Shown one piece after another: positions 27,999 to 42,103 of a stretch of DNA of 64,000 nucleotides. A program made the translations under genes and the position numbers. The notes under the pieces are model-generated. The model made no database searches. It saw only the letters and a list, made by a program, of their open reading frames with translations, and was not told where the DNA came from. The stretch lies in assembly GCA_051294375.1 (NCBI GenBank), contig CM119271.1, forward strand, positions 4,907,579-4,971,578. Reading direction: 5' to 3'. Positions within the stretch are counted from its first letter, which is position 1, and the number at the start of each line of letters is the position of its first letter. Source of the DNA: Paraspadella gotoi (Eukaryota; Animalia; Chaetognatha).

Positions 27999-29069
27999 TT
28001 AAGTGTGAGTTGCAACAACATTCTGAGACCAGTTCCAAAATTTTTCTGCCAAATCATCATCTTTGGCTTCGGGAGTGTATAAGGGATATGGCTTACTATC
28101 CGAATAGTAAAGGCCGGATTGAGCTTCAAACTGTTCAGATACGGCGCAACATATCGTCGTTTGTGCACCTTCATCTAAAGTTTTGAAGAAAAACGACAAG
28201 GGACTGTATTCGTGAAAAATATTGACATAACTAAAAACCGGATGTTTGTCTAAATCTCTTTTGGCCATATCTGTCATAATTACTCCCGGATGAATAACAT
28301 AGGATGTTACTCCAGTTCCTTCTAATATTTTTGCGAGATGCTTCGAAAACAAAATATTGGCTAATTTAGAATTTGAATACTGTTTCAAACCATCTCGGGA
28401 TAAAAGCATATAAGAAAACAATTGTAACGACAAAGGCAATTTTTTTATATTGCTGCGATCAAAATCTTTTGTTCCATCGCGCATCAATTCATCAAAATTT
28501 TTAAACGCAGTGGGATTGGCATACATGTAGGCCATAGAAGAAACGGTAACAACTCTCGCCCCTGGCCCCGATTTTTTAAGCTTATTGAGGAGGAGATTTG
28601 TTAAATAGAAATGACCGAAGTGATTGGTCATCAGCATTTTCTCAATTCCGTTTTCATAGTGCTCCAGAGCGCTAACATGCATGCCGGCATTGTTAATCAG
28701 AATGTCCAGCCTCTCTTCGTTTTTGTCAAAGTTTTCAACAAAATTCCGAACGGACTCGAAGGAAGACAAGTCCAGTTGCATTACAACTAGGTTTTTATTA
28801 CCAGTTTCAAGCTCGATTTCTTTGGCAGCGACTGTTCCCCGCTCGGTGCTTCGACAGGCAAGGATGAGTCGAGCGCCCCGGCGTGCGAGATCCATGGCAG
28901 TCGCTTTCCCGATCCCTTTATTCGCCCCAGTGACAACAACTGTTTTTCCGTCCAATCTCGCCAGGCTTGAACAGTGGGGCCCAGCGAAAAACGCAAAATG
29001 CAGGAAGTAAAGAAAGGCGTAGAGAGAGATTGGAAAGAGAACGCCCAATTGGAAGAATCGCGACATCAT
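27999..29069 (-). CDS. Short-chain dehydrogenase/reductase (RDH11-14-like) paralog B, intronless
   Basis: TGANKGIG, NNAG, intact YxxxK (YSNSK), IHPGVI, GAQTTICCAV; single 356-aa ORF. Confidence 0.92.
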   Translation of the reverse strand: MMSRFFQLGVLFPISLYAFLYFLHFAFFAGPHCSSLARLDGKTVVVTGANKGIGKATAMDLARRGARLILACRSTERGTVAAKEIELETGNKNLVVMQLDLSSFESVRNFVENFDKNEERLDILINNAGMHVSALEHYENGIEKMLMTNHFGHFYLTNLLLNKLKKSGPGARVVTVSSMAYMYANPTAFKNFDELMRDGTKDFDRSNIKKLPLSLQLFSYMLLSRDGLKQYSNSKLANILFSKHLAKILEGTGVTSYVIHPGVIMTDMAKRDLDKHPVFSYVNIFHEYSPLSFFFKTLDEGAQTTICCAVSEQFEAQSGLYYSDSKPYPLYTPEAKDDDLAEKFWNWSQNVVATHT

Positions 29070-29331
29070 GATGTCACTTTTTTGATTGGCAATATTACAA
29101 GAAAAAGGATTTGTCTAATGTATAACCAAACGGACAAAAATCCGGTTGAGAAGGAAAGAAAGTTTTTGGTAATCCTAATTGTGATGCGGATCTAAAATGA
29201 CAAGAGCGAAATTCAACAAGAAAAAAAAAACGAAAAAAAAACGATGGTATTACAAATCACATTCAGATTGTGGCGAACGAAGGATGAAAAAAACTTTGAT
29301 CCTTAGATCCTAACAAAATTGTGACCGCTCA

Positions 29332-32300
29332 TCAGTATCCAAATTTCTCGTTAAGCTTAGTCCTCCCGTCTCCCGTTTGACCGACGGGCGGCGTCCACAT
29401 CGCGAACTTAGGATCCTTCATCTTCTCCTCCTCGTAGGCCTCCTCGGCCTTGGCGGAGAGAAACTTGGCCACGGAGAACTTGGGCTGGTTTTGTCTTTCG
29501 ACGTCTTCAAGGACGTGACTATCGTCTTTCGCGTCGGCGCTTTTCTTTTTCCTCGTCGACTTTTTGCTCTCCGGATTCGACGAGTCTTTTCCGAGTTCTT
29601 TCCGAGATGAATTTCGATCGTCGTTGTCGATAAAATCGAAATTTTGCGACGAGGATTTTTTCTCATTTGCGGAAACGTCTTTTTGGACGTCTTGATTTAC
29701 GTTGTCTTTTTTATCGACCTCGTCTACAAACTCTTTTTCCTCACCGTCTCTCACGACAGCTTCATCTTCGACCGCATTTTTGATTTCATTAATGTTTTTC
29801 ACATTTTTGGCATTACTGTCTTCGACCTCAGACACTTCCTCCCTCTCATTCTTTTCTTCTTCTAACGAGACGGATTTTTCTCTTTCCGCACCTCCCTTAA
29901 TCTCCTCTTCCTCCTCCTCCTCCTCCTCTTCTTCAACCACCGACGCTTCATCCACCTTGGGCACAATCAACGGCTTTGCAGTTCTCATCGCCGACAACAC
30001 ACTCCCCCCTCTTCCACCTCCTCTTCCTCTCATCTTCCCCACCAGGATTCCTCCTCGGGCGCCAAATGACGAAGTCTTTGGGAGCGGAGGAACGTTGGCC
30101 GGTCGAGCCAACTCCGCCAGTTTCTCCAGTTTTAACTGAACCGAAAAAGAAAAACAAAAAATTAACAATACTCGCTCATTTTCTCCCTCGATCCGCGGAC
30201 TCACCCTCTCCTTCCTCAGCTCCTGCAGCCTCGTCTTCATCTGTATCCTGGTTTTGGTATCGAGACTACGCCCGCTCTTGATAGCGCTCATGAAGGCATC
30301 GAGCGAGTCTTCGGCGGCGGCACCGGTGCCCTCTTTCTCCCCGGCGCGCTTCTTGGCGTGGTCGAGGCGCCGCTCGATGTCGTCCATTTCGTCGCGGACG
30401 CCGCCGAGACGAGTCGTCAATTCGGCAAAGGTCAACGCCTTCGTCTCCTCCGCTTTGCCGTGAGCGCGCATGCGCTTGGCTCGCTTGGCCTCGATCTCGC
30501 CTGGAGATAGGAAAACGGCGCTTGACTTGTGTTTACGAAGATAACTTTAAAAATATTAAATATTATACATAAACATACCAGTTCGGTCCAAAAACTCGTC
30601 TTCGTCCGAATCGTAATAGTCGTTCTCCTCGAGCCTCTTCCTTCGCCTATCCGCCTGACTCTCCTGCTGCGACTGGAACAGCAGGCCCCGGCAGTCGAGC
30701 AGCTTACAGGCTTCCCGCGCGGCCAGGACCTTGGCCTGTTTCTTGTTTGAGCCTTCGGCCTCGGCAACGATGGGCTCCTCTGCGTCGATAGGCAGGGTAA
30801 CCCGACACAGGAAAGTCTTTTTCTTGCCGGTTCCTTCCTCGGCAAACTCGTACTCGAGATCCTCGCCCTCTCGATCGAACCTTCAAGTTTATTCGTTGCT
30901 AATATAACATTTTGACCTTTTATATTTTGCATATTTACAATTTAAAGTTACCAATTTTGGAGACACTTTCGAGGATCCTCGGCATATTTGTCTTCGTGCT
31001 CGGCTTTGCCTGACATTTTGGCGTAAGGGTTTCGACTCATGTCGATGTTTTCGTCATCGTCATCGCTATCAACTTCAACGGCGTCTTCGGTAAATCCCCA
31101 GGTAGCGCCTTTGCGAGAAATCGGGGGTAATAATAACTAATAATATATTCGTGATACTCGGACATAAGAATGGACTTATAATTCTCTCTCACCCTTGGAC
31201 TCTCTCTCTTTCTCCGCCTTTTCTCTTTCCTCCTCTTCGGCCATTTTGGTCTTCAAATGTTGTTCTCTCACTTTCTGCATCTCCTTAAGTTGTGTCAAAG
31301 TGAATTCACTCTCCTCTTCCACGTCGTTTTCGCTGCCGCCCTGAGTTGTAAATTTTTTTTTTTTTAACGAACCCGTGTTGACAAAAGAAAAGGATTAGCT
31401 TCTCACCCCCAAAATAAAATATCTGCTGGATCCACCGAACTTGAACATGTGACCAACTTTGAGCCGAATGTAGGAGTTGGCTTCCACCTGATTCTTGTTC
31501 AAAAAAGTCCCATGTGTACTAAAGAAGTAAGAGAAACGTGAATCAACAAAAAATCGAAGCCATTGAAAAGATTTCCCACCGACCTTCCCAGGTCCATGAG
31601 ATAAAAGCCCTTCCTCTTGTCGTCGGCGCAATCGACTCCGTCGTCGACGGCCCTGTACTGAAGGACGGCGTGGAATCGGCTGAGGGAGGGATGTTCGAGC
31701 GGCACGTCGCAAGACGGGAGGCGGCCGAAGACGAAGAAGGGTTTCGTGTTCAAGTCGATGCGATCCACGATGCGACCCATCTTTAATACCTCAAGGTGAA
31801 AGGAAACTCGAGGAACGCCGCTCCAAGAAGGTTCCTTGTACGGCATCGGAAGACTGTCGTACTTTTTCTGGAGGAGGTAAGAACGGAATCGACTTCATTA
31901 AAGAGTTGTGGCTTTTTTATATCACGTAACATAAACCCAAAGAATCCCTCCGCTCACTTTCTCCGCGGGCGTCAACGAGTCGAGGGTCGATTTTCTTTTC
32001 GATCCTGTTGTCACTTTTGTCTCTGTCTTCGACTCTTTCTCTTTTTTCTCATAATCCTCTGTTCTCTCCTCTTTTCCATCCGTCTCACTCTTCTTCTCAG
32101 CGGCCTCTTCTATCTCTGCGCTTTTTCGTTTCGCTACAGGAGCAGCGAGTTTGAAAGCGGTGGGAATCTTGAAAGGACTCTCGGCGCAGTCGGCCGGCGC
32201 TGCGGCGGGAACGGGAGCGAAAGAGGACGGAGATTCCGCGCCGATTGACTCCCCGTTCGTGGACTTCATGTCGGCGGTCTCGTCCTTCAAAGAAGAGACT

Positions 32301-32347
32301 GGGTCATCACCGTCGTGAGGACGGAGCACATTAGGCTCATCGCACAT
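29332..32347 (-). CDS. SLC4A1AP: Kanadaptin (FHA domain plus dsRBD-like region)
   Basis: PYKEPSWSG..FGRLPSCDVPLEHPSLSRFHAVLQY..STHGTFLNK..FGGSSR, WFDREGEDLEY, YYDSDEDEFLDRTG, DSLDAFM, C-terminal WTPPVGQTGDGRTKLNEKFGY. Confidence 0.93.
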
Positions 32348-33358
32348 CGTTTTCGTGAACTGAAAATTACGCTGGTTTCGGTGAGTGAATCGTGAACAAG
32401 GACATGATTGGGAACCAAGGTAGGGAAAACAAGAAACAAAAATAGTTTTTTTTCTCGAAAACATCACCAAAACCAAAAAACTTAGCGTGGGATAAAGATT
32501 GCAACAATCGTGTCGGTAAAGGGTTAAAGGGTTTATGCCATTTATGGTGATATTTCATATAGCCCTTAAATCAAATCAAAGTGAAGGGGTATTAATTTAA
32601 TAATAGACCTCATTTGCATAACCACATGCCGGATAAACTTGACTTAATTGAGTTTAAGTTAAATGAGACAGAGTCAGAACGTTTCTCTCTTTTTGTATCA
32701 ACTGAGCAGCCAATACATTAAGGTTTTCACTAAATAAAACTTTACATTTAACGTGAATTCCCTGAATAAACTGACTGATAAACAGACCGACCGATAAATG
32801 TCTTGGTTTTCAATTAGCCTTTGCAGCATCTGAGACGAACTGAGTTTGTAGTATACTCTACAACAACGATAATCGCATTTTTGAAATATTATAACTATGA
32901 ATTATTCTGTGCGATCATTTTTATTTCGTTAACATATCACAGGAAAAAAATACGCATCAAAAGAGTAGTTTGTATGAGCACGGGCTAAAAAAAGACAGCC
33001 AAGAAACTGAAGCCGAAATCAGTTCCAACAGAGATTTAAAAATAATAACTCGCTAAAAATCTAAATTTTATAATAGCATAACAACATGGTCACAGGGTAC
33101 CATGAAAATTTGTCATTCAATTACACAGAAAAAAAATGCTATCGACAAATTAGTATAAGTTTTCTCGCGGTTCTATTTTCTAAAGCCGCTTTACTGTGTC
33201 AAAAGTTGGAAAGCTAAGTTTACATTATGGATAGCTTTATCCAATCAGAACTAACCACATATGGGTGGTGAATTGTTTGTATTCTTCTTTCCCTATCGCC
33301 AAAACAGTTTACGGCGATTATAGGTCAATCTTTTTCGACCCAGACGAAAATAAAAAAT

Positions 33359-35784
33359 CTATAGACTAGAGAAATGATCTAAAAGCGCTCGCTTCCGACG
33401 ATCCATGACGCCCCCTTTCACGAAAGCGTCTCTTCGCGAAGTCAAAGCCGAAACCACTAAGTCAGTGGCAGTGTCACCGCCTTCAGTCCGATCGATCGTT
33501 GCCGCGTCGTCAACTTCCTCCTCGATGTTGCCACCAGAAGACTCTCCAGGTCGCGGCGAGAAAATGACGTTAACGTTGTTCGGAGCGCCGCGAGAAGCGC
33601 CGCCGCCGCCGCCGCCATCTTCTCCGTCGCCGCCAACGCCACCGTCCCCGAAGTCGTCATCGTCGGAGCTGTCGTCGTCGTTGTTTTCGTTTTCCAGGGA
33701 CAGTCCTTTTCGGCAGACTGAAGGAAAAAAATTATGAAAAGACAGAGAAAAAAGGCTGAAAAAAGAAGGGCGAATCAATTACCCGGGCAAGTCCCGTGGA
33801 GCTCTAACCAAGGCACGATGCAGTTTTCGTGATATAAATGATCACAAGGCAACTTATGCACCATCTCGTCCAGCTTGTAGTCTTCCATGCAAACCGAGCA
33901 CTGAAGCTTGATGTCGACCTAAGAAATTAGTTTAAGATGATACACGATGATACCAATCCTTTATCATCACTCCTCACCTGATCTTTCGTGATAGAGACTT
34001 TGGGCAAACTCTCGATAGTCTCTTTGGCCGCGGGGGGCGCTCCGGATCCATCCAGCTGATTGAGGAGTTGGGAGATGATGGCGTCTAGACCGCCTGAGCC
34101 CCAGGCATAATCGCCGGGATTTCCGTGAATTTGAAGCATGTTCATAGGAAACCCAAAAAGATTGGTGGTGGCGCCGCCGGGGCCGCCAACGGAAATAGGA
34201 ATTCCACCGACGAAGGTACCGGTGCCGCCGGGCCCGCCGCCCGTCTGCGTCAGATTCTGAAGAATGCTAGCGACCATTCCTGATGGAGACCAAGTTGAAT
34301 TAATCGGGTGAACGCGGTGGGACAAAAAAATATCTCTGACTACGTGTTAAAGAGGAACGGTGGAAACGGAAACTAAATAACGAATAAAGAGAAATGAAAA
34401 CAGAGTCTACAATGGTTGAGACCTGTTGCCGTCTCAGACAGGCCCATGCTAGAGATTATTGACGTCCAAAAGTCTGAGAAAGACGTGAATCGTAAATCGA
34501 TTTACGAAAAATCTAATAAATATGTACACTCGAACGGTGTATACTATATAGGTAGAAATTTATTTTTATTTTAAATAAAACTTCTTACCCTGGAGAAAAG
34601 GATTGGGATCTCCCGTACCGGCCCGACGCCGCCCTCCTTCCATGACCCAACGCGCCTGTGCCATTCTCGCACGGTCGCGATTGACGCGCGTCCGAGCCGA
34701 CAACCTACGGGCGGCACTGCCTGTCCTGGCGGCCCCTGATCCGGGGCTCCCGGAGCTTTCGGCTCCCGCCCCGCCGGTCCTCGTCCCGACGGACCTCGTG
34801 CCGCCGGGTCTCGTTCCCGCCACCTCCGCCGCTCGGATCAAAGCCTCGTCCTCTTCGGAATTGCCTGAGGAGCTGCTGACGCTGTCGCTGGACAACTCGC
34901 GCTGCGAGTCGATGGGTGAGTTAAGGGCGCCAAGACTGTTGAAAAAAAAAAGTGTTTCGGAGAGATCGTCAACTCGGGGGAGTTTTCTTGTTATACCTGG
35001 TGAGAAAGTGTCGCCCCCAAAGGTCGAAAAGCGCGTCGGCGACTTGGGCAGAATCACCCGAGGGCCGACCCGGATTGGACGTCTCTCTCCGTTCCTCCTC
35101 GAATTCAGGAGAGATCTCTTCGATGAATCCTGATTCGCACTGGGGACATGTGAAGCCGGGAAGGACGGGCCGGATCTCGCCTTGAAGGAGGGAAGAAAGA
35201 AAGAAGTGGCCCACCAATCTCTTTATGAAATTGGTACATCCAATATAAAAATTATCCATTCATTTAATAAACTTTGGACAGGCTTTGGTGGTTTAAGGCC
35301 TCCATCACTCTTACAAGATAATGGCATTCAAGCTTTAATCAAGACTCTCTCAGAGACTCGTTTATTCACTCCCAGAGTACCTGGAAGTGGAATAATACTT
35401 CAAAGAATGTTTCAATTGTACGAAAAGACCACTCCCTTAAGTATTATATTAGTGAACAAGAACGGTGATTCCAATGTGTTGCGCCGCAGTGACTTTATTT
35501 TAACGTGTATTTCCTTTTGATCACATGATATGACATGACATGACATGACTAAAAAACTTTCTTCGCCCTTGTATTTATGACATACACTGCATCGAAATTC
35601 CGTCTTTTATTCCTTATAGTTTTAGAATTTCCTCAAGGCGACGCAAGCAGTCACTTATATTCGAGGTTTTTTCTGTCTTAACAAATGAACAACAAAAAAA
35701 CAACTAAAAACCAATTCTCGCTTTACCCGAACACTGGTGACAGAAGAAACGGGCGTTGGGGGTTTCCACCGCGGCCTCAGCCAT
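33359..35784 (-). CDS. RNF126: RING-H2 E3 ubiquitin ligase RNF126/RNF115-like
   Basis: N-terminal zinc finger [82 protein letters not shown]. Confidence 0.9.
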
Positions 35785-36243
35785 CTTCGCCCCACTATGC
35801 AGTAAGATAAGGAAGTTATAAAAAATAAGTCGTTTGCGGCCGATTTTCCATGTGCGTTCAATCCAGTCTTTTCAAACAATCAGAACACTACATTAAAACT
35901 AAGGTTATTTAAAAATAAATATAAAATCGAAATATGTACTTCTTTATCAATTATAATGTTTGATTTTTGTCTTCCGTTTGAAAATCATTAATACAGTTGT
36001 AGGGAAAATCGTCAAATATGCTGAAAAGCATTGCAAATGAAGTAATCATTCAACTGAAGAATCACCAAAAGATCGTTGTAAAATGAAAAAGGAAATTAAC
36101 AGGAACTAGTTAGTAAATTACCCAATTTTCCAAATTATCAAATGAAATCCAAAAATACTATTTAATAAAAATAACATCCCTAAAGAATGATACTATCAGC
36201 ATAATCAAAATCAAAAGCATTTCACAAGAATTGGATTAAAGAT

Positions 36244-39200
36244 TTACATATTTTCTTGTTCATATTTCTTCACAGTTTCTTTATATTTTTTACAAAATAA
36301 TCGATGAATTGGCCAATGACCGACTTGGCACTCCCGGCAGCAATAAAGATCTCCTCGATATTTACATCTTTCGCACATTTTGAAACTACCCAAGGAAGGT
36401 CCCTGAAAGAAAAAAACTAGCTTCAATATTTTCGGCGACAATGAAACAAAACGAAATTTTTTTATCAATGTTGACAAGCAACTCACGTGAATGTGTTCCG
36501 CGCGGCGACAGAAGACGCACTTCCGATCGAGATGAAACCGCGCTTTGACGACTTCGGCGCGCAGCGGCGCCATCTTTCGCAGACGCTCAATTTCCTTGGG
36601 AGTCGAATCGTCTTTGGTTTGGGGTAGTATGAACTTTTTCCGCCGATTGAAGATATCCATTTGGGACTGTTTCAGGATTTTATGCGGTTATGATTTGGAC
36701 TCGTTATATTTTTCGTAGCTCAAACAATCTCACCTTCACTTGCTCAATCTTCATCTTTGAAGTGAGGGCTACGGACAAGAACTCTGCATGCTTGGCGTCG
36801 ACGCCCTGAATCGAAGGATGTCCGTCCAGTTCGCACACGACGATCTTTGACCCGGACATGCGCGTCATCTTGTTGTCGCGGATCTCGAGGGCTCCGTCTT
36901 CGTCCGCGAGTTGATCTGGATCAAAGATGGAGATGAGATTAGTTCAGCAAACCAGGTGAAAACGATTCACGAGCCTAGCGTGTCGACTCAAAACCAAAAA
37001 CTTTCTAAAGAAACCTCAACAAAAACTCGATCTCTTTCTTAACCACTGAGTAAAGTGAGTATCTTCTGACGATACTCAATGGCACTGAAAGCTAGTTCAC
37101 CTTGAATAAATATTCCGTTGTAGCAATTTTTAATGACGTTCCACTTGACTCGGCCCGCGGCGTGGTTGGTGATTTTCAGTGCGCAAGAATCGTACGAGTC
37201 GCCGTCGCGGAGGTCGAACACATTTCTCTCCACAACCAGAGCGGCTGGTGGTGTTGGACGAAAACTTGATGAATGTACTTGAATTTTATTTTTATCTATG
37301 AAGTTACATTCAAATTTTAATTGATAAAAACTGTATATGCTTTAATTTTTAATCGTTCGTAATTAAGACCCTAACCGGACACAAGGCTTTGCAGATCAGC
37401 TCGGCGATTCGACCAACCTTTTTCCCCGACGTTGATGACGGCGTTGAACCTGGGAACTTTGAAGTCGAGGAAGTTGCAATGGAGGAGACGGAGAGAGCCG
37501 CTCCGCATCATCACCGCTCCGCGACTCAGCTCCGTCAAGTTGGAATTGGAAAAGTCGGAGTTGATCACCTCCAATCGAGACGCGGAGCCGCGAACGAATA
37601 TGGCGCAATCAAGGTCCCAGTCGCCGACGTTGCTAAGGAGGTAAAAACGATCGTGGATTAAAATTAACCCAACTGAAGCTACTTACCAAAAACTCACTTT
37701 ATGACGCAGTCTTCTATGATTAAAGTACAGTCTATTCCTTTCATCGCAGTCATAGAAATATCAGAAATAAAGCTTTTTTTAATTGTAATTACACTATTTT
37801 CATCCATAATAAATCCTTGAGCAGAATCAAGTAATGATGAATTTAAAAATACGCATTCTCCGTCTGCAAAAAAATGTATATATATATATTATATATTTAT
37901 AGAAACGTTTCCCTAATAGGAAACAGCGTCAGTGATTCAGTGTCGGTCTTACTTGTTGCATGTACAATAGGTTGTGCCGCTGACCAAAATCTACATTCTA
38001 GTATATTCACATTACTCTCTCTTCCTTTTAGTCTCACGGCTGAAGGCGGACTAGTATGTGGAAATAAGTTCGACGGATGTCTTACAAAATGTTTGACCAA
38101 TATCCTAATAACAAGAACATTAGCAAGCCGCTGGGCAAAAAGAGCAACAAATAGAGGAAGTTGTTACCTAGTTAATGTTAACTTCGATTTTTTCCCTTGT
38201 ACTATGAATATGTGTTGAGCAACTCTTCCACTCGTGCTCAATGTAACCAAATAATTCTTTTCCACAAATCCTGAAAGACGTTTTAGCGTTAATCACTTAA
38301 TGAATAAAAATACGAATTAAAACTCGTCTCAGTAAGTACCAAGCAACTTACCACGAAATCCACAGTCGTACAACGGAGAGTCTACTGCGGGGAGCTCGCC
38401 GATCAATTCTAGTTTCTCACTAAAAAGAAGAGAACCGCGATAATATTATTTAGGCCCACTTTATATTGATTTAAAATTAGCATTTTAACTTACCCGTCGT
38501 GCAATATTATTGGTGCAGAAAACTGGACGTAAGAGGATGACTTACAGAGGGCAAGATAGGACTCTTCGGAGTAATTGGAAGGAAATTCCTCGTAACCATT
38601 TTTGTTGAATGAAATGTCAGCGTCCATGTTGTATTGACCCGATCTGTGGCATATAGGTAATCAATGGATAAGATACAATATCATAACTATAAAAAAAACG
38701 CAGGCAACTTACCTCAAAACTAAAGAACATCCCCTGCCTGATCGTAACCTCCCCTGCTTTTTAAGAACGCGATAGGCCTCAATGGGATGCCTGAAGTGGC
38801 CCGCGCCTTTTGGACAGACCACAAAAACGTCTTCTTTATATGATATCAATTTCCACATTGGACTGTTAAAATTGTGAAAAGTAATTAAAAACAGTAAAAG
38901 CTTCGACTTACAGTCGTTTGTCGAGAACTCACCTCTTTTTCAAAAATTCCAAACGAGTAAAAAATTTAATTTTAACCAGAAAATCGATGACTTCTTGAAT
39001 CTTAGCCGGCTGCCAATGAATTAAAAGATCGATTAGTGAATTTTATTACAGAGGGTTAAAAAAAAATACAGATAAAAGAATTCTCGTAACTTGACTATTA
39101 GAAGTAAATCAATTTAATAAACTACGATTTATAGACAATGTCTAAATGTGTCTAATTAGACATGATAATAGGACTTTCGTTTCGTTGCGTTTAAAAAATA

Positions 39201-41786
39201 TAGATAGAAAAAAGTTTGTTTTTGTTTTCAAACAACGAATATTGATTATGATGAAAAAGACATGTTTTTACTCTTTCCGTTTCATAATAATAAAACTCGT
39301 GGTTTAAAAACAAAACATTATTAATATATTTGCTTGTCTTTAAATTACGATTCAGAAAATAATTTTCTTTTATACAAACCTGATAATGATGAACTATTGT
39401 GGCACTTGTCAACATATTGTTAATATTTGTTAAAATATCGTTTAAATGAGTTGAACATCCATTGCTGTATAATGCTCGGGCTGCGAAAAGAATAATAAAC
39501 TCATAAAAATGAATAACCTCAAGATTAAAATAATTAAGCATTTCTGACCTGCATAAAAATAACCCTTCCACCAATAAGGATAAGTTTCGATGGCCCACTT
39601 TGCGTGTTTATAACTTTCCAGCAAAGGGTCGTCAGAGCCCTTGTAATCACAAGGTCCTAGAATAAATAAAAATAATAAATAAATGGTTAAATATATTCCG
39701 AAATACATAAAGGAATGAAATACCTATTAATGTTTTCAAATTGTTTCGAGGATTCGAGGATAATTCATAAAGCTTATAAAAAGTGGCTGACATATTAGTA
39801 ATCAACTTGGCGCGCTCGCTTTTGCCGTAGTCGTCGTCGATCTGGTTACGGAAAAGATTTCAAAGATATGGAATACGACATGCAGTAACTTTCGATTATG
39901 TGTGACAACCACTTGGATGTTGCATTTCTCAATTTCACGCTTCTCAAGAAAAAAAAAATACCGGCAAGACTTCCTCGAGCTCTGTTATGCACATCATATA
40001 CTGAGAGAGGACGACGCCGAAATCTTCCGCCATCTTGTATTTAGTGTTCGCAGTCTCCTTCCACTTGCGCCAACCGTCGTCGTGCCCCTCGGGAGCGGCG
40101 AATTCCACCCGCGGTTCCACGAAGAAATTCCAGCGGCTGCTAGGCGCGTTTAGGGCGCGCTGGTGCATGCACTTAAATCAAGGATGGAATCGAAAACGAC
40201 TTGAATTTTGAAACGATACAACCTTCGCGCCCCCACCATAAAAAAAAATTAACCAACCATCTTACCTGAAGTTCCTTATCCCAGTCCTCTACCCCGCAAG
40301 TGCCGATGAACTGAAAGAAAAAAGCGACGCTCCAGAACAAGTCTTTATCGAGCGTGACGTTGCCGTCGTTGTCCGCCAGGCCGAACCAGTGATTGGAGGA
40401 AGGGCCACGACTGCGTCTCCTCGATTTGCTCCATTCGTTTACCGATTGGATTTGGTCCAACCCGATGAGGTTAATATTTTTGTCCGTGGAGACTTCGTTG
40501 AGCGCGTCCGTCCACTGATGTAGAATTGTAAAAGGCGTGGAAGGTCATAGGATTCATGAAAAAAAAAAGCGTTCTTTGCAAGTAGGGGAAACTTACTTGG
40601 ACGTTGTATTCGAGCGAAAGTCCAGGGAAAGAAGTGGTGCTAAGACCGCGGGTAATACGAGAAACGTGATTAGGAGATTTTCTAAGAAATGAAACAAAAA
40701 TAAAAGAGCTTAACAAAAGTTTATGGCATCTACCTTTTTTATTTGTCCATTATGGCAACGGGGAGACAGGAGTGATGCCCGGGGGGGGTGAGGTATCTCC
40801 CGACAGCTGGCGCTAAGGGCTTTGGACCTACAGTGAACACCACATGTCACTGGCGCGTTAATGCCGACACCATCACACTTATTCAGTGTGACCGTGAGGG
40901 GATTGAACCCGGAACTTACGGTTGGTGAACGAGTACATCGCTGTCCAAGCTAATGGGACGAGCTGAGTTTCACCAAGCTCTACGGTAGGCGAATTTAAGA
41001 TTCGCCACAGAATCATCCATTACTTTTTAAGTTCATCTAAGTAATTAAAACGACTAAAAGAAAAAAAACATCAAAACACGTCGCCATTACGGTACCTGTA
41101 AAGTCCTTGATCGGGATCCATTTCCCCCGTTTTCTTTTGCGAGAGGATCTGCGCCTTGATCTTCTTCACGGCGCGTTCCACGTCCACGTCGGTCAGATCC
41201 AAGTTGGAAAAGAACCTCTTGAAGACGAAGCATCCCATGGCCATCGCTCGACGGCGCTGAGGAGGACCAACAATTCAATCAAAAGATGATTGTAAAATTT
41301 ATACCGCTCATCCTCTACTCACGGCGATCATTTTCTCCGGAGAGCAGTCGTCGGAAATATTAACGGCGGCGCCGCCGCGCGAAAAGGGATCGCGACGGGA
41401 CGATTGATCCGGCGCCAACGGACGAAGGGTCGGAAATTTGAGGGCGTGGTTAAGACGTTCGGAGAGGATGGCCGTCTCGTCGCCGACGAAAGAGGCCAGG
41501 GAGGGAAGGTCGAATCTTGAAGACGGGAAGAGGGAGATAAAGAGAGCAGAACCAAAGAGCGACGGCTAACCCACTCGTACTTGGTGCTTTTAAAGATGCC
41601 GTCGCTGACGAACGCGTACGGACTTCTGACAGGGGCTTCATCCTCTAGGACCCGGATGGGAAAAAGGACGGTGTCGCCAATGCGGAACTCGCCGTCGTGG
41701 CGCACACGTTCCGCATCTGCCTTGGCCGCTTCTGCTCTGGCCGCCTCTTTCGCCGCTGCCCGCCGGGCGCTTTTCGTCTTGGACAT
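36244..41786 (-). CDS. Multi-exon protein with TPR-like segment, right-handed beta-helix-like repeats and C-terminal MYND zinc finger
   Basis: AIETYPYWWKGYFYAARALY (TPR-like), VFVVCPKGAGHFRHPIEAY, repeats such as VERNVF..WNVIKNCYNGIFI..IRDNK, MYND CERCK..YCCRECQVGHWPIHRLFC. Continuity of all exons as a single gene was only partly checked. Confidence 0.6.
40735..40962 (-). mobile_element. tRNA-derived SINE in an intron of the MYND gene
   Basis: Minus strand has A-box-like TAGCTTGGACAG (40952-40941), B-box GGTTCAATCCC (40909-40899), about 150 bp body and an A-rich tail AAATAAAAAA. It does not fold as a full tRNA cloverleaf. Confidence 0.6.
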
Positions 41787-42103
41787 TTTCTCGCTTTTCT
41801 TATTTTCTTTGTTAGCGTCTTGAGAATAGTTTCGATGAAGAGGTATCATTTCGAATCATGGTAGATAAATTTAAAGTTTTATTATGAATTTTTTTTGTCT
41901 TAATAAATTAAAAATATAGGGGAAACAAAGGGAGATTCGTTGAGTATTTTGAAGGGGAACAACCAAAAAATGATCTCAAAACTTGAGTCAGACAAGACAC
42001 GAGTCAAATATTAATTTGTATTATGAGGACAATCCTAAACAAAAAATACAATGGAATTTGACTGAACTCGAATCGGTAGGGAAATAGTTTCTATTGGAGG
42101 CTT

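Noticed and set aside
40890-40962. Possible tRNA gene
   Set aside because: A and B boxes are present, but acceptor and anticodon stems do not pair and the sequence continues into a body and A-tail, so it was called a SINE.
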